From contig CAWCFX010000001.1 in NCBI GenBank assembly GCA_963795085.1, forward strand, positions 928,001 to 992,000: DNA of 64,000 bases. Reading direction: 5' to 3'. Of this stretch, positions 23,544-37,596 are shown piece by piece; within the stretch, counting starts at the first letter, position 1, and each line of letters starts with the position of its first letter. Source of the stretch: an uncultured Gemmatimonadales bacterium. GTDB taxonomy: Bacteria; Gemmatimonadota; Gemmatimonadetes; Gemmatimonadales; GWC2-71-9. The position numbers were made by a program, and so were the translations under genes. The notes under the pieces are model-generated. The model was not told the DNA's origin and ran no database searches. It saw nothing but the letters and a program-made list of their open reading frames with translations.

Positions 23544-23684
23544 AGTGCAGAGTGCAGAGTGCAGAGTGCAGGGTGCAGCGCACAGCGTGGAAAGGGTGAC
23601 CGGTCGGTGACTTGGATGAATCGTGGTGCCGGGATCGGCCGGAGGCGCTTCCCCGCCGCACTGTGCACTCTGTGCTCGGCACTT
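23544..23684. repeat. Heptamer tandem repeat (AGTGCAG)4 plus a degenerate inverted copy
   Basis: AGTGCAG x4, GGTGCAG, CGCACAG at 23544-23585; complementary CCGCACTGTGCACTCTGTGCTCGGCACTT at 23656-23684. Confidence 0.75.
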
Positions 23685-24551
23685 CTCCTCGGCTGCCCTT
23701 CCGCGGCCGCCGACCACGCCAGGCTGGGCGACCAGGCGGTGAGCGAGGGCGACTATGTTGTGGCGGTGGCGGAGTACCGGGCCGGAGTCCAGGCGTCGCC
23801 CCGGCCGGAGTTGCTGGCCAAACTGGGTAATGCGGCGATCCGGCTCAAGAACTACCGGGAGGCGGCTGAAGCGTACCGGAGGCTGGGCGAGACCGATCCC
23901 TCCCGGGTCGGCGAGGCGGCGACCGGGCTGGAGCGGGTGGCGCGGGGGGCGGCCGAGGCTGGCGACCACCTGGCCGGCCGGGAAGCGCTGCTCGGGCTTC
24001 GCGCCATCGCGCCGGACCGTCCCTCGGGCCGGCTCGCGGTAAGCCTGGCCTTGAGCGGCCGGCTCGGCGCCGGGGAAGCGCTGCCGCTGCTGCCCTACGC
24101 GCTGGCGGGGGCCCAGAGCGATGCGACGGTGGATTCGCTGCTCAAGCTGTACGGCCAGGCTCTCCGGGAAACCACCGCGTGTGAAGACGCCGTACGGATC
24201 TACCAGACGCTGGTGCGCCGGAGCGGATCCGCGGCCGGCGCCGAGGGACTGGCCGAGTGCGCGGTCCAGCTGGGGATGGACGCCGAAGCGCTCAACCAGC
24301 CGGAGATCGCGGAGCGCTGGTACCGGGATGCGCTGGCCGCCGACTCGCTGTCGGAACTGGGGCGGCGCGCCCTGTTCGGCCTGGCCCAGACGCGGCTCGG
24401 CCAGGGTGATACGCTGCAGGCCGCCCGGGCCTTTCGGACCGTCGTGGACCGGTGGGGCACCGCCGATTCGCTGGGACAGTCCGCGAGTCAGCGGCTCAAC
24501 GCGCTGTCCGGCGGTCTGCCGCCGGCGGGCGATTCCACCATGAACCGGTAA
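23616..24551 (+). CDS. TPR-like lipoprotein
   Basis: MNRGAGIGRRRFPAALCTLCSALLLGC lipobox; helical TPR-like repeats. Start uncertain. Confidence 0.7.
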   Translation: MNRGAGIGRRRFPAALCTLCSALLLGCPSAAADHARLGDQAVSEGDYVVAVAEYRAGVQASPRPELLAKLGNAAIRLKNYREAAEAYRRLGETDPSRVGEAATGLERVARGAAEAGDHLAGREALLGLRAIAPDRPSGRLAVSLALSGRLGAGEALPLLPYALAGAQSDATVDSLLKLYGQALRETTACEDAVRIYQTLVRRSGSAAGAEGLAECAVQLGMDAEALNQPEIAERWYRDALAADSLSELGRRALFGLAQTRLGQGDTLQAARAFRTVVDRWGTADSLGQSASQRLNALSGGLPPAGDSTMNR

Positions 24552-24555
24552 TGTG

Positions 24556-25338
24556 ATGATGCGCAGGATTGTCGTAGTGCTGAGCCTGGCCCTCGGGGCC
24601 TGCGGCGGCGGGTCGGGGCCGGCGGCCGCGCCCGCCCCGGTGCAGTCGGCGTCGCCAGCGATGGTGGACTCGCTGTACAACGAGGCCATTACCCTGTTTC
24701 GCCACGGGAAGTGGGCCAAGGCCGGGACCCTCTTCGAGCGGATGCTGCTGGAAGCGCCCCCCGCCGACCCCCGGATGGTCCCGGCGCATTTCTACCTGGC
24801 GGAGACATTTTTTGCCGGCGGCGACCAGCTGCGGGCCGCCCGGGAATTTCGCTGGGTCTCCGATGAGCGGCCCACCGATTCGCTGGCTCCCGAAGCCCTG
24901 ATGCGGGCCGGCGATGCCTACGCCGACCTGTGGCGGAAGCCGGAACTGGATCCGACCTACGGGCAGCAGGCCCTGGCGACCTACCAGGAAGTGCTTAGCC
25001 GGTTTCCCGCTTCGCGCATTATCCCGCGGGCCCGGGAGCGGGTCCAGTTCCTGGAGAACAAGTTCGCCGAGAAGAGCTTCAAGGCGGCCCTTTTTTATGT
25101 CCGCCTCAAGGCGTACGACTCCGCGATCCTCTACCTGCGGGATCTGCTGGCGACCTATCCCCGCGCCACGGTTGCTCCCCTGGCCCTGGTGCGGCTGGTC
25201 GAAGCCTACCGCGCCATCGGATACGCCGAGGAGGTGACCGAGACCTGTGGCTACTTCCGCACCAACCATCCCCGCGCGGCCGACCTGGACCGGGTGTGCC
25301 CGGCGGGGCCGGCGACGATCGAGCCGCCGGGAGCGTGA
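24556..25338 (+). CDS. bamD: Outer-membrane protein assembly factor BamD
   Basis: Lipobox LGAC; TPRs; PELDPTYGQQAL, LENKFAEKSFKAALFY, YLRDLLATYP patterns. Confidence 0.8.
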   Translation: MMRRIVVVLSLALGACGGGSGPAAAPAPVQSASPAMVDSLYNEAITLFRHGKWAKAGTLFERMLLEAPPADPRMVPAHFYLAETFFAGGDQLRAAREFRWVSDERPTDSLAPEALMRAGDAYADLWRKPELDPTYGQQALATYQEVLSRFPASRIIPRARERVQFLENKFAEKSFKAALFYVRLKAYDSAILYLRDLLATYPRATVAPLALVRLVEAYRAIGYAEEVTETCGYFRTNHPRAADLDRVCPAGPATIEPPGA

Positions 25339-25895
25339 TCGGTCTCCTCGGCGGTTCCTTCGACCCGGTCCATCACGGGCATCTCATCACCGCGCTCTCC
25401 CTCCTGGAACAGCTTCACCTTTCCGAAATCCGCCTGGTGGTTGCCCGGGAGCAGCCCCTCAAGCAGGGCCACCTTGCCAGTGCGGTACACCGGGCCCGGA
25501 TGGTGGAGCTGGCGGTGGCGGGTGAGCCCGCCCTGGGGGTCGAGAACCTGGAGCTGGAGCGGGAAGGCCCCAGTTACACGGTCGACACCCTCCGCGCCCT
25601 TCACCTCCGCGAGCCGGGCACCCCGTGGGTGTTGCTGCTCGGTTCTGACGCGGCGCGCGATCTGGACCGCTGGAAGGAGGCGGAGGAGGTTGCCCGGCTG
25701 GCCCGGATCGTGGTGTTCGGCCGGGCCGGCGAGGCGGCCCCCGCCACCCCGCTCGTCGCCGCCACCGTTACCGTCCCCGCCATCGAAATCTCGGCCACCG
25801 GCATCCGGGAGCGGGTCCGGCGGGGTCTTTCCGTGGAATACCTGGTGCCCTCGGGGGTAGCGGCGTATATCCGGGAAAACAGGCTATATTTGTAG
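25335..25895 (+). CDS. nadD: Nicotinate-nucleotide adenylyltransferase
   Basis: GTGA overlap; IGLLGGSFDPVHHGH, SYTVDTL, LLGSD, ISATGIRER, YIRENRLY. Confidence 0.95.
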   Translation: MIGLLGGSFDPVHHGHLITALSLLEQLHLSEIRLVVAREQPLKQGHLASAVHRARMVELAVAGEPALGVENLELEREGPSYTVDTLRALHLREPGTPWVLLLGSDAARDLDRWKEAEEVARLARIVVFGRAGEAAPATPLVAATVTVPAIEISATGIRERVRRGLSVEYLVPSGVAAYIRENRLYL

Positions 25896-25905
25896 CCGGA
25901 CTGCT

Positions 25906-25963
25906 TATCGCGTATCGCCTATCGCGGCCCCGGGTAAGGAGTTGCGATGCGTGATATGCGATC
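25906..25963. repeat. Heptamer-repeat hairpin upstream of secA
   Basis: TATCGCG-TATCGCC-TATCGCG ... TGCGATG-CGTGATA-TGCGATC (inverted, with G-U pairs and mismatches). Confidence 0.65.
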
Positions 25964-25989
25964 TGCTTTGTTGACCCCTCGCGAGGCTT

Positions 25990-29124
<3,135 letters not shown>

Positions 29125-29125
29125 C

Positions 29126-29420
29126 CCCGGGATTCGTCGCGCTGCCGGCCGCCGTCGCCGGCCGCTACTCCCTGGACCGGGAGCTGGGCCGCGGCGGCAG
29201 GGGCGTAGTGTTCCTGGCGCGCGACGTCGCGCTGGACCGGCTGGTCGCCATCAAGCTGCTCCCCCCGCGCTCGCCGCCCGCCCCGGGTTGCGGGCCCGGT
29301 TCCTCCGCGAAGCCCGCACCGCCGCCCGGCTTTCCCATCCCCATATCGTTCCCATTCGTGCCGTCGAAGAACACCAGGACCTGGTGTTCTTCGTCATGGG
29401 CTACGTGGACGGCGAAACGG
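29126..29420 (+). pseudogene. Ser/Thr protein kinase N-lobe remnant (frameshifted, truncated)
   Basis: AGRYSLDRELGRGGRGVVFLARDVALDRLVAIKLLPP in one frame, then RARFLREARTAARLSHPHIVPI...FFVMGYVDGET in another; shift at the C6 run 29261-29266; no start codon; no HRD or DFG. Confidence 0.8.
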
Positions 29421-29465
29421 CGGAGGCCGGCTTCAGCGGACCGGGCCGCTGGGCGGACCGGAATC

Positions 29466-30473
29466 TCACAGGTTCGGATTCGTCCGCCCCATCTTGGCCC
29501 GCCCGATCGTGTTGGCGTCGGTGCCAAACCAGATCTCGCCGGTGGGCGGATGGTAATACATGTGGCGCACGGTGCCGCCGCCGCTGGGCAGCACGGGGGT
29601 GATGCTGAAGAACTTTTCCGCCTGGGGGTCGAACCCCACCAGCAGGTTGGGCTGGACCCCGGTTTCGACCATCCAGATCCGGCCTCCGGCATCGGAGGCC
29701 ATGCCGTACGGCAGTGACCTCGCTCCCGACGGTGCAGCCCATTCGCGGACCGCTCCCGTGGCCGGGTCGAGGCGCCCGAGGTAGCCCCGGGTATAGTCGC
29801 CGTACCAGACCATGTCGTCCGGCGTGATCTGGATCCGGCGGTCCTGGGTGCGCTGGTGGGGCAGGGTGTATTCCCGGATCCGCATCGTGGCGGGGTCAAT
29901 CATGCCGATCTTGTTGGTGCCGAACTCGTTGAACCAGGGGCGGTTCTTCGAGTCGATCTTGATGCCGTAGGGCCGGGCCCGTTCGGTGGGCACCCGGATG
30001 AGCTGGATCCGGCCGGTGGCGACGGTCAGTTTGCCGACGTAGTTGCTCTGCTGGGCGGTGAACCAGATATTGCCGTCCCGGTCGAACTCCAGGGTATGGG
30101 GGTCCCGGACCGCGCTGTCGGGCATAGGGTAACGGGCAATGGCGCCGGTCGCGGGGTCCAGGCGACCGATCATCCCGTTTCGGTTGCCGGCATACCAGAC
30201 CTGGCCCCGTCCGTCCACGATCAGGTTGTGCGGGTGGGTCCCGGGGTCGATCTCGTAGCGCTTGAACCCGCCGGTGGCGGGATCGAGGTAGGCGACGTAG
30301 TTTCCCTGCTGACCCACGAACCAGACCTTGCCATCCGGTGCCACGTAGGGATCCCGCGGGCGGCTCCCTTCCCAGGGCACCTGCCATTCGGTGATTTGGG
30401 CGCGCTCTTCCTGGGCGGCGACCGCTCCGGGGATCAGCGCCGGGAACGCGGCGAGCAGGATCATTGCTTTCAT
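29466..30473 (-). CDS. Secreted Vgb (virginiamycin B lyase)-like beta-propeller protein
   Basis: Signal peptide; about 42-aa repeats P-x-x-x-x-x-D/S-x-x-G-x-x-W-F/Y ... (L/I)GRLDPATG; AGGAG SD. Confidence 0.85.
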   Translation of the reverse strand: MKAMILLAAFPALIPGAVAAQEERAQITEWQVPWEGSRPRDPYVAPDGKVWFVGQQGNYVAYLDPATGGFKRYEIDPGTHPHNLIVDGRGQVWYAGNRNGMIGRLDPATGAIARYPMPDSAVRDPHTLEFDRDGNIWFTAQQSNYVGKLTVATGRIQLIRVPTERARPYGIKIDSKNRPWFNEFGTNKIGMIDPATMRIREYTLPHQRTQDRRIQITPDDMVWYGDYTRGYLGRLDPATGAVREWAAPSGARSLPYGMASDAGGRIWMVETGVQPNLLVGFDPQAEKFFSITPVLPSGGGTVRHMYYHPPTGEIWFGTDANTIGRAKMGRTNPNL

Positions 30474-30590
30474 GAAAGGATCTCCCGATTGAAGAGGGCC
30501 ATCACCATACGGGTACCTCGGCGTCAGAGTGCCAGGCTCGACATGTCCGAATAATAGTCAGGTTTCCCTTCCCCTTGTCAGGAGCGTCTC

Positions 30591-30740
30591 ATGCTGCGCC
30601 TTCGACACCCCGTTCGATTCAGTTCCTGGGCCTTGCCACTGGTCATTGGTCTGCTGGTCTCGCTGGGCGCCTGCAAGGAAAGCACCAGTTCGAGTTGCCA
30701 GCCGGGAGACTCCTCGTATCCGGAGTGCCTGGAGGAATAG
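30591..30740 (+). CDS. Small lipoprotein, 49 aa (not in the ORF track)
   Basis: AGGAG SD 6 nt upstream; MLRLRHPVRFSSWALPLVIGLLVSLGAC-KESTSSSCQPGDSSYPECLEE; basic N-region, H-region, LGAC lipobox. Confidence 0.65.
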   Translation: MLRLRHPVRFSSWALPLVIGLLVSLGACKESTSSSCQPGDSSYPECLEE

Positions 30741-30888
30741 CCGGCGATCGGGTTCGATTCCCGCCGCCCGGAAAGCACGAACGCAGCCCCGTTCGTGCTT
30801 TTTCTCGCTCCGGCTCCAGGCAGGAATTCAGCGCCGCCCGCGATTTTCTGGTGCCTCTCCCGCGGAAGCTTTCACCTACCTTGGGCGG

Positions 30889-31569
30889 ATGCCACCGTTC
30901 GCATCCTGCCCCCCGGGGGACCGGCCCCGGGAACGTCTCTGGGCCCTCGGCTCCCAGGCCCTGACGGCCGGCGAACTCCTGGCGATCCTCCTCGGGACCG
31001 GGTCGGGCCGGCAATCGGCGCCGGAGGTCGCGGCGCACCTGCTCCACCTCTCCGACGGCTCCCTCCGCCGACTGGCCGCCCGGCCACCGGCCGAACTGAA
31101 GCAGTCTCCAGGGATTGGCCCGGCCAAGGCGGCCCGGCTCCTCGCCGCCTTTGAGCTCGCCAGCCGACTGAGCCAGGAGGCCCGTCCCCCGGTGCTGCGG
31201 ATCCGGGAACCGGAGGACGTAGTCCGGCTGTTTTCGGCCCGGCTCCGGGACCTCCAAGTCGAGGAATTTCATCTGGTTGCGCTGGACAGCCAGAGCCAGG
31301 TCTTGCGGGATATCCTGATTACGCGAGGTTTATTGAACAGCTCCCTGGTGCACCCCCGCGAAGTCTTCCGCGCTGCCATCGCCGAAGCCGCCGCAGGTAT
31401 TATTGTGGTACACAACCACCCGAGCGGGGACCCCACCCCCTCGGCGGAGGACCGGGCGGTGACCCGGCAGCTGGTCGAGGCGGGCCGGCTCCTCGACCTG
31501 CCGGTGTACGATCATGTGATCGTGGCCGGGGACCGGTTCGTGAGTTTTGCGTCAACGGGACTGCTGTGA
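30889..31569 (+). CDS. radC: RadC/UPF0758 JAB-domain protein
   Basis: DRPRERL, ELLAILLGTG, GIGPAKA, VHPREVF, HNHPSGDPTPSAED, DHVIV. Confidence 0.93.
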   Translation: MPPFASCPPGDRPRERLWALGSQALTAGELLAILLGTGSGRQSAPEVAAHLLHLSDGSLRRLAARPPAELKQSPGIGPAKAARLLAAFELASRLSQEARPPVLRIREPEDVVRLFSARLRDLQVEEFHLVALDSQSQVLRDILITRGLLNSSLVHPREVFRAAIAEAAAGIIVVHNHPSGDPTPSAEDRAVTRQLVEAGRLLDLPVYDHVIVAGDRFVSFASTGLL

Positions 31570-31602
31570 TTTCCGATTGCCGATCGACGATCGCCGACTG
31601 GG
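31568..31602. repeat. Degenerate heptamer tandem repeat at the radC stop
   Basis: GATTTCC GATTGCC GATCGAC GATCGCC GACTGGG; no clear inverted partner. Confidence 0.55.
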
Positions 31603-31716
31603 AGCTCGGGCCACCATGGATTTCAGCGCCGCCAGAATGCCACATGCCGTCGCTTCTGTGCCCGGGGTGCGGCCTGCTGCCCTCCGTTTGCCGCCCCCCG
31701 GGCGCCGGCTCCGCAA

Positions 31717-33884
<2,168 letters not shown>

Positions 33885-33888
<4 letters not shown>

Positions 33889-35108
33889 GCGGGGTGGACC
33901 CCGTTCGCCAGGTTATCGTTGGCCAGTTCCTCCTGCTCTTCCGCGGCGATCGCCCGCCAGGCGGGGAGCGCCCGCCCCACGTCCTCCCGCTCCTGGATTC
34001 GCTGGCCCAGCGATTCCATCCGAGCCGGCTCCCCGCCGGCCAACGCCGTCGCATCGTGGGCCAGCACGTTGGCGATGTGAACTGCCAGTCCCGGACCCAG
34101 CGGCTCCCGGACCAGCACGGTGGGATCATGGTGCAGCGCCACGGCCTCCACGATCTCGCCCGGCAGACCCCAGAGCCGCAGGAGTTCCGCCCCGGTCAGG
34201 GCGTGGCTGGGAAGATCCTGTTTCTGCTCGGTCGCCACTGACGTCCCTCCGGTTGTGTCCGCCAGCACCCGCCCGTACGGTTCCGGCAGGTGGGCGGCGT
34301 ACACCAGCTTGCCGATATCGTGGAGCAGCCCGGCGGTGAAGGCGGCTTCCCGGTCCTGCCGGGTGTCCATCATCCGGGCCGCGATCCGCCCCACCAGCAG
34401 GCCGTGTTGTTTGTGCCCCGCCAGTGAAAACAGGGGACAATGGCGGCTGGCCGCGAAATGCCGGAAGCTTTCGATGGAGAGCACGATCGCCTTGAGGGCG
34501 TTGCTGCCGAGGTAGGCGACGGCGTCCTGGATGGACGTGACCCGGTGGGCCGGCCCGAAACAGGACGAGTTGGCCATCTGCAGGGCCTTGCTGGCCACGG
34601 CATCATCCCGCTCCACGATCTCGGCGAGGTCCCGGGTGCTGGCGGCCGGGTCGAGCAGGGTCGTGAGCAGGTCGCTGTACACGCTGGGCGCGGTGGGCAG
34701 TCCGGCGAGCTGGACCAGGACCTTCTGAATGCTGGCGGGCAACCGGGCCTGGACCTGTTCCATGCGGTCCAGGGCATCGCGCAGGTGGAGGACGCTGCAG
34801 GGCTTGGCCAGGTGAAGATGGATCAGCGGGACCAGCTGGCCGCCGATCTCGGGATCGGCGTGGCCGGAGAGGACAATCCTCCCCATCCGCGGATAGTGCA
34901 GCTTCACATGCTCGAGCAGGCCGACGCCGCTCATGCCCGGCATCTGGATATCGGTGATGATCACGTCGAACGGGGCGCGGTCCATCCTGGTGATCGCGCT
35001 GGCGGCGTCTTCCGCGGTCTCGACCTCGGCTACTCCGGGCGACAGCCGCAGGGCCCGCGCCAGGGCGCTGCGCACGGCGGCCTCATCATCGACCAGGAGG
35101 ACCCGCAT
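33885..35108 (-). CDS. Response regulator with HDOD output domain
   Basis: VLLVDDE, ITDIQMPGMSG, AKP; LQMANSSCFG, TAGLLHDIGK, LWGLPGEIVEAVALHH. Confidence 0.9.
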
Positions 35109-35992
35109 CAGGCACTCCGCGGCGACGGCAGGCGGGAACGGTCATCCATCGGAAGGCGGACCCGGAAGGTGGCGCCTTTTCCCGGTTCGCTCACGAAGTC
35201 CAGGGAGCCGCCGTGTTCCTCGACCACGATGGCCCGCGCGATGGCCAGTCCCTGGCCGGTGCCGGCGCCGGCCTGCTTGGTGGTGAAGAACGGGGTGAAG
35301 ATGTTCGGTGCCACCTCGCGGGAAATCCCGGAGCCGGAGTCGGTGACCGTGAGGACTGCCCAGGGCCCCACGCAGGACGTGGTGATTTCGATGATGCCGG
35401 TCTGGCCGTCGCGGCCGGATTTTTCTTCGATGGCATCCGCCGCGTTAAGCAGCAGGTTGAGCGCCACCTGCTGGAGCAGCCCCGGCTGGCAGACCACGGG
35501 GGGTAAGGACGCCAGGTCGGTGCGAATCACCGCCACCGGGCGAATGCGGTTCGCCGCGAGCATGATGGCGCCTTCCACCAGCCGGTTCAGGTCGGCGGCG
35601 GACTTGGTGGTGGTGCCCGGATGGGCCAGGGTCTTCACGGCGTGGACGATCTCCCGGGCCCGGGCGACCCCTTCCAATGCCTCTTCAATCGCCAGCGAAA
35701 TTTCCGCGCCCAGGTTCCGGGGCGCGATTCCGCCGCCGGGGCTGCCCGACTCCGGCAACCGGGCCAGATAGGGCTGCAGGCAGGCGTGGGCCTCCTGCAG
35801 GAACTGCAGGGTGTCGCCCAGGCTCTGGAGCGGGGTGCTCAGTTCATGGGCGATGCCGGCGGAGACCTGTCCCAGCGCCTCCAGCTTCTGCACCTGCCAT
35901 CGCTCATGGTTGGACCGCACCGGCATGACTCGAGGACTCTCATGAAGGGTCCTCGACGAGTATCGGCCGGGGCGGGCGGTTCTTGACGACAT
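35108..35992 (-). CDS. Soluble histidine kinase without a sensor domain
   Basis: H-box GIAHELSTP, N-box LNLLLNA, DSGSGI, FTPFFTTK, GTGQGLAI. Start uncertain (35992 or 35926). Confidence 0.85.
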   Translation of the reverse strand: MSSRTARPGRYSSRTLHESPRVMPVRSNHERWQVQKLEALGQVSAGIAHELSTPLQSLGDTLQFLQEAHACLQPYLARLPESGSPGGGIAPRNLGAEISLAIEEALEGVARAREIVHAVKTLAHPGTTTKSAADLNRLVEGAIMLAANRIRPVAVIRTDLASLPPVVCQPGLLQQVALNLLLNAADAIEEKSGRDGQTGIIEITTSCVGPWAVLTVTDSGSGISREVAPNIFTPFFTTKQAGAGTGQGLAIARAIVVEEHGGSLDFVSEPGKGATFRVRLPMDDRSRLPSPRSA

Positions 35993-35996
35993 GCGG

Positions 35997-36995
35997 TCAG
36001 CCGGCTTGCAATGGCCGCAGCGGGGCCATGCCAAAGGGGCCAGGCAGGGGGGCGGGGACCAGCCAGCGGCCCGGCTCCAGCGCCCGGCTCTTTTTCCGCC
36101 GGTAGAGGGCCTGGTCAGCCCTGTCCACCAGGCTGGCCACGTCGAGGTCGTCTCCTGCGGCGAGCTCGACCGATCCGATACTCAGGGTTACCGGGTAGGC
36201 GAGCCCGGCCGCCCCGCTGATCTCCTTCAGCTTGGTTTCGATCCGGCGGGTCAGGATCCGGGCCGACGCGTCCCGGGCGTCGTATCCGAAGGCCACGAAT
36301 TCGTCGCCTCCGAACCGGGCCAGCAGGTCGGAATCCCGGAACGAGGTCCGCAGGGCCCGGGCCGCGAGGACCAGCGCCCGGTCCCCCTCGGTGTGGCCGT
36401 AACGGTCGTTGATGATCTTGAGACCGTCCATGTCGGCGCAAAGCAGGAGGCAACGCCGGCGATTCCGGCGCGCTACCCGCAACTGCGCTTCGGCGAGAGC
36501 ATAGAACCCCCGGCGGTTATACAGGCCGGTGAGCGGGTCGGTGAGGGAGAGATCGCGGAGTGCGAGCACGTGCCGGTGCCGCTCCACGGCGCAGCGGATG
36601 GTGCGCAGCAGGTTGGGCGTGGTCAGCTGGTCCCGGTTCAGATAGTCCTGGGCCCCCCGACGGACGGCCTCGATGGCGAAGCTCTCATTCGCGGTGTCGG
36701 TCACCACGATCACCGGCACGTGGGGCGAGACGCCCAGCAATTCCACCAGGATCCGGATGTCCCGGTCGGAGACCGCATCGACCAGGAGCAGGTCGATTCC
36801 CGGCTGTTCCAGTCTCCGCTCCACCTCGGCCTTCCGCTCGACCGACTCGAAGACCACCTGGGTGCCCGAGGCCGACAGCATGTGGGCGAGGTAGGCCGCG
36901 TGCTGCTTCCGAGCCGACAGTCCGAGTACCATGAGTGGTTTATCGGGACCGGGGACAGCCGGAGCCTGCGCGGATCGCGAAGGTGAGGTAGCCAT
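35997..36995 (-). CDS. Diguanylate cyclase with a degenerate receiver domain
   Basis: DPLTGLYNRR, INDRYGH, RDSD I-site, RFGGDEF; N-terminal REC-like fold without the DD pair or conserved Lys. Confidence 0.9.
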   Translation of the reverse strand: MATSPSRSAQAPAVPGPDKPLMVLGLSARKQHAAYLAHMLSASGTQVVFESVERKAEVERRLEQPGIDLLLVDAVSDRDIRILVELLGVSPHVPVIVVTDTANESFAIEAVRRGAQDYLNRDQLTTPNLLRTIRCAVERHRHVLALRDLSLTDPLTGLYNRRGFYALAEAQLRVARRNRRRCLLLCADMDGLKIINDRYGHTEGDRALVLAARALRTSFRDSDLLARFGGDEFVAFGYDARDASARILTRRIETKLKEISGAAGLAYPVTLSIGSVELAAGDDLDVASLVDRADQALYRRKKSRALEPGRWLVPAPLPGPFGMAPLRPLQAG

Positions 36996-37042
36996 GGCTC
37001 GCGTAAGAGAGAGAAGGGAAACGGGTGTCGCGGAGGGAAAAG

Positions 37043-37057
37043 GCAGAAAGCGTGCCT
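37043..37057 (-). promoter_or_regulatory. sigma54 promoter of the GGDEF-HK-HDOD operon
   Basis: Minus strand AGGCAC-GCTTT-CTGC (GG-N10-GC). Confidence 0.7.
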
Positions 37058-37159
37058 CAGAGTTATCCTGAGTGCCCCGGTTGATTTAAACCAATTGCCG
37101 GTAACGGCTTATGTGATGGCCTCCAGTCGTTGGGTTGTTGGCGTTACCGGTCCACCGAG

Positions 37160-37195
37160 GGGAAGGATTTTCCGGTGAGGAGGAAGGATTGTCCG
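37160..37195. promoter_or_regulatory. Paired 15-bp putative bEBP enhancer sites
   Basis: GGGAAGGATTTTCCG (37160) and AGGAAGGATTGTCCG (37181), 21 bp apart, about 100 bp upstream of the sigma54 promoter. Confidence 0.65.
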
Positions 37196-37202
37196 GTTCG
37201 GA

Positions 37203-37589
37203 CTACTCGACGGCCGCCTTGGGCGGCTGGTTCTCCAGCAGTTCCGCGATCTTGGCCTTCAGGCTTTCGGCGGTGAAGGGCTTGATAAGGTAGCCATCGA
37301 TGCCGGCCTCCATGGCGGCGAGGATGTCTTCTTTGACGTTCCGGCCGGTTGCCATCAGGATCCGGACGTTGGCGGTGTCGGGCCGGGCCCGGAGTTGCCG
37401 GGCCAGTTCCACGCCGCCCAGGGTCGGCATGTTCCAGTCGGTGATGACGAGGTCGAAACTCTGGTCCAGCTGCTCCAGGGCCAGCTTGCCGTCGGCGGCC
37501 TCGAGCACCTCGTGGCAGCCCAGCTCCTGCACCATGTTGGCCATGATACGGCGCATCGTAATGGAGTCGTCCACCACCAGGCACTTCAT
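37203..37589 (-). CDS. cheY: CheY-like response regulator
   Basis: LVVDDSITMRRI, LVITDWNMP, AMEAGIDGYLIKPFT, typical CheY pattern. Confidence 0.8.
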   Translation of the reverse strand: MKCLVVDDSITMRRIMANMVQELGCHEVLEAADGKLALEQLDQSFDLVITDWNMPTLGGVELARQLRARPDTANVRILMATGRNVKEDILAAMEAGIDGYLIKPFTAESLKAKIAELLENQPPKAAVE

Positions 37590-37596
37590 GGCGGGT

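Noticed and set aside
23544..23585. CRISPR array at the tandem repeats
   Set aside because: 7-bp contiguous units without spacers; no cas genes in the window.
29466..30473. Streptogramin B resistance gene
   Set aside because: Only the propeller repeat pattern is shared. It has a signal peptide, and I cannot see the Vgb catalytic E-x-H pattern in the last blade.
30702..30773. Complete tRNA gene
   Set aside because: Acceptor pairing is imperfect, there is no valid anticodon arm or D-loop GG, and it overlaps the small lipoprotein ORF; only the T-arm is kept as a weak finding.
30889..31569. radC as a mobile-element or anti-restriction marker
   Set aside because: Full-length chromosomal type with HhH region next to spoT; no integrase, transposase or conjugation genes.
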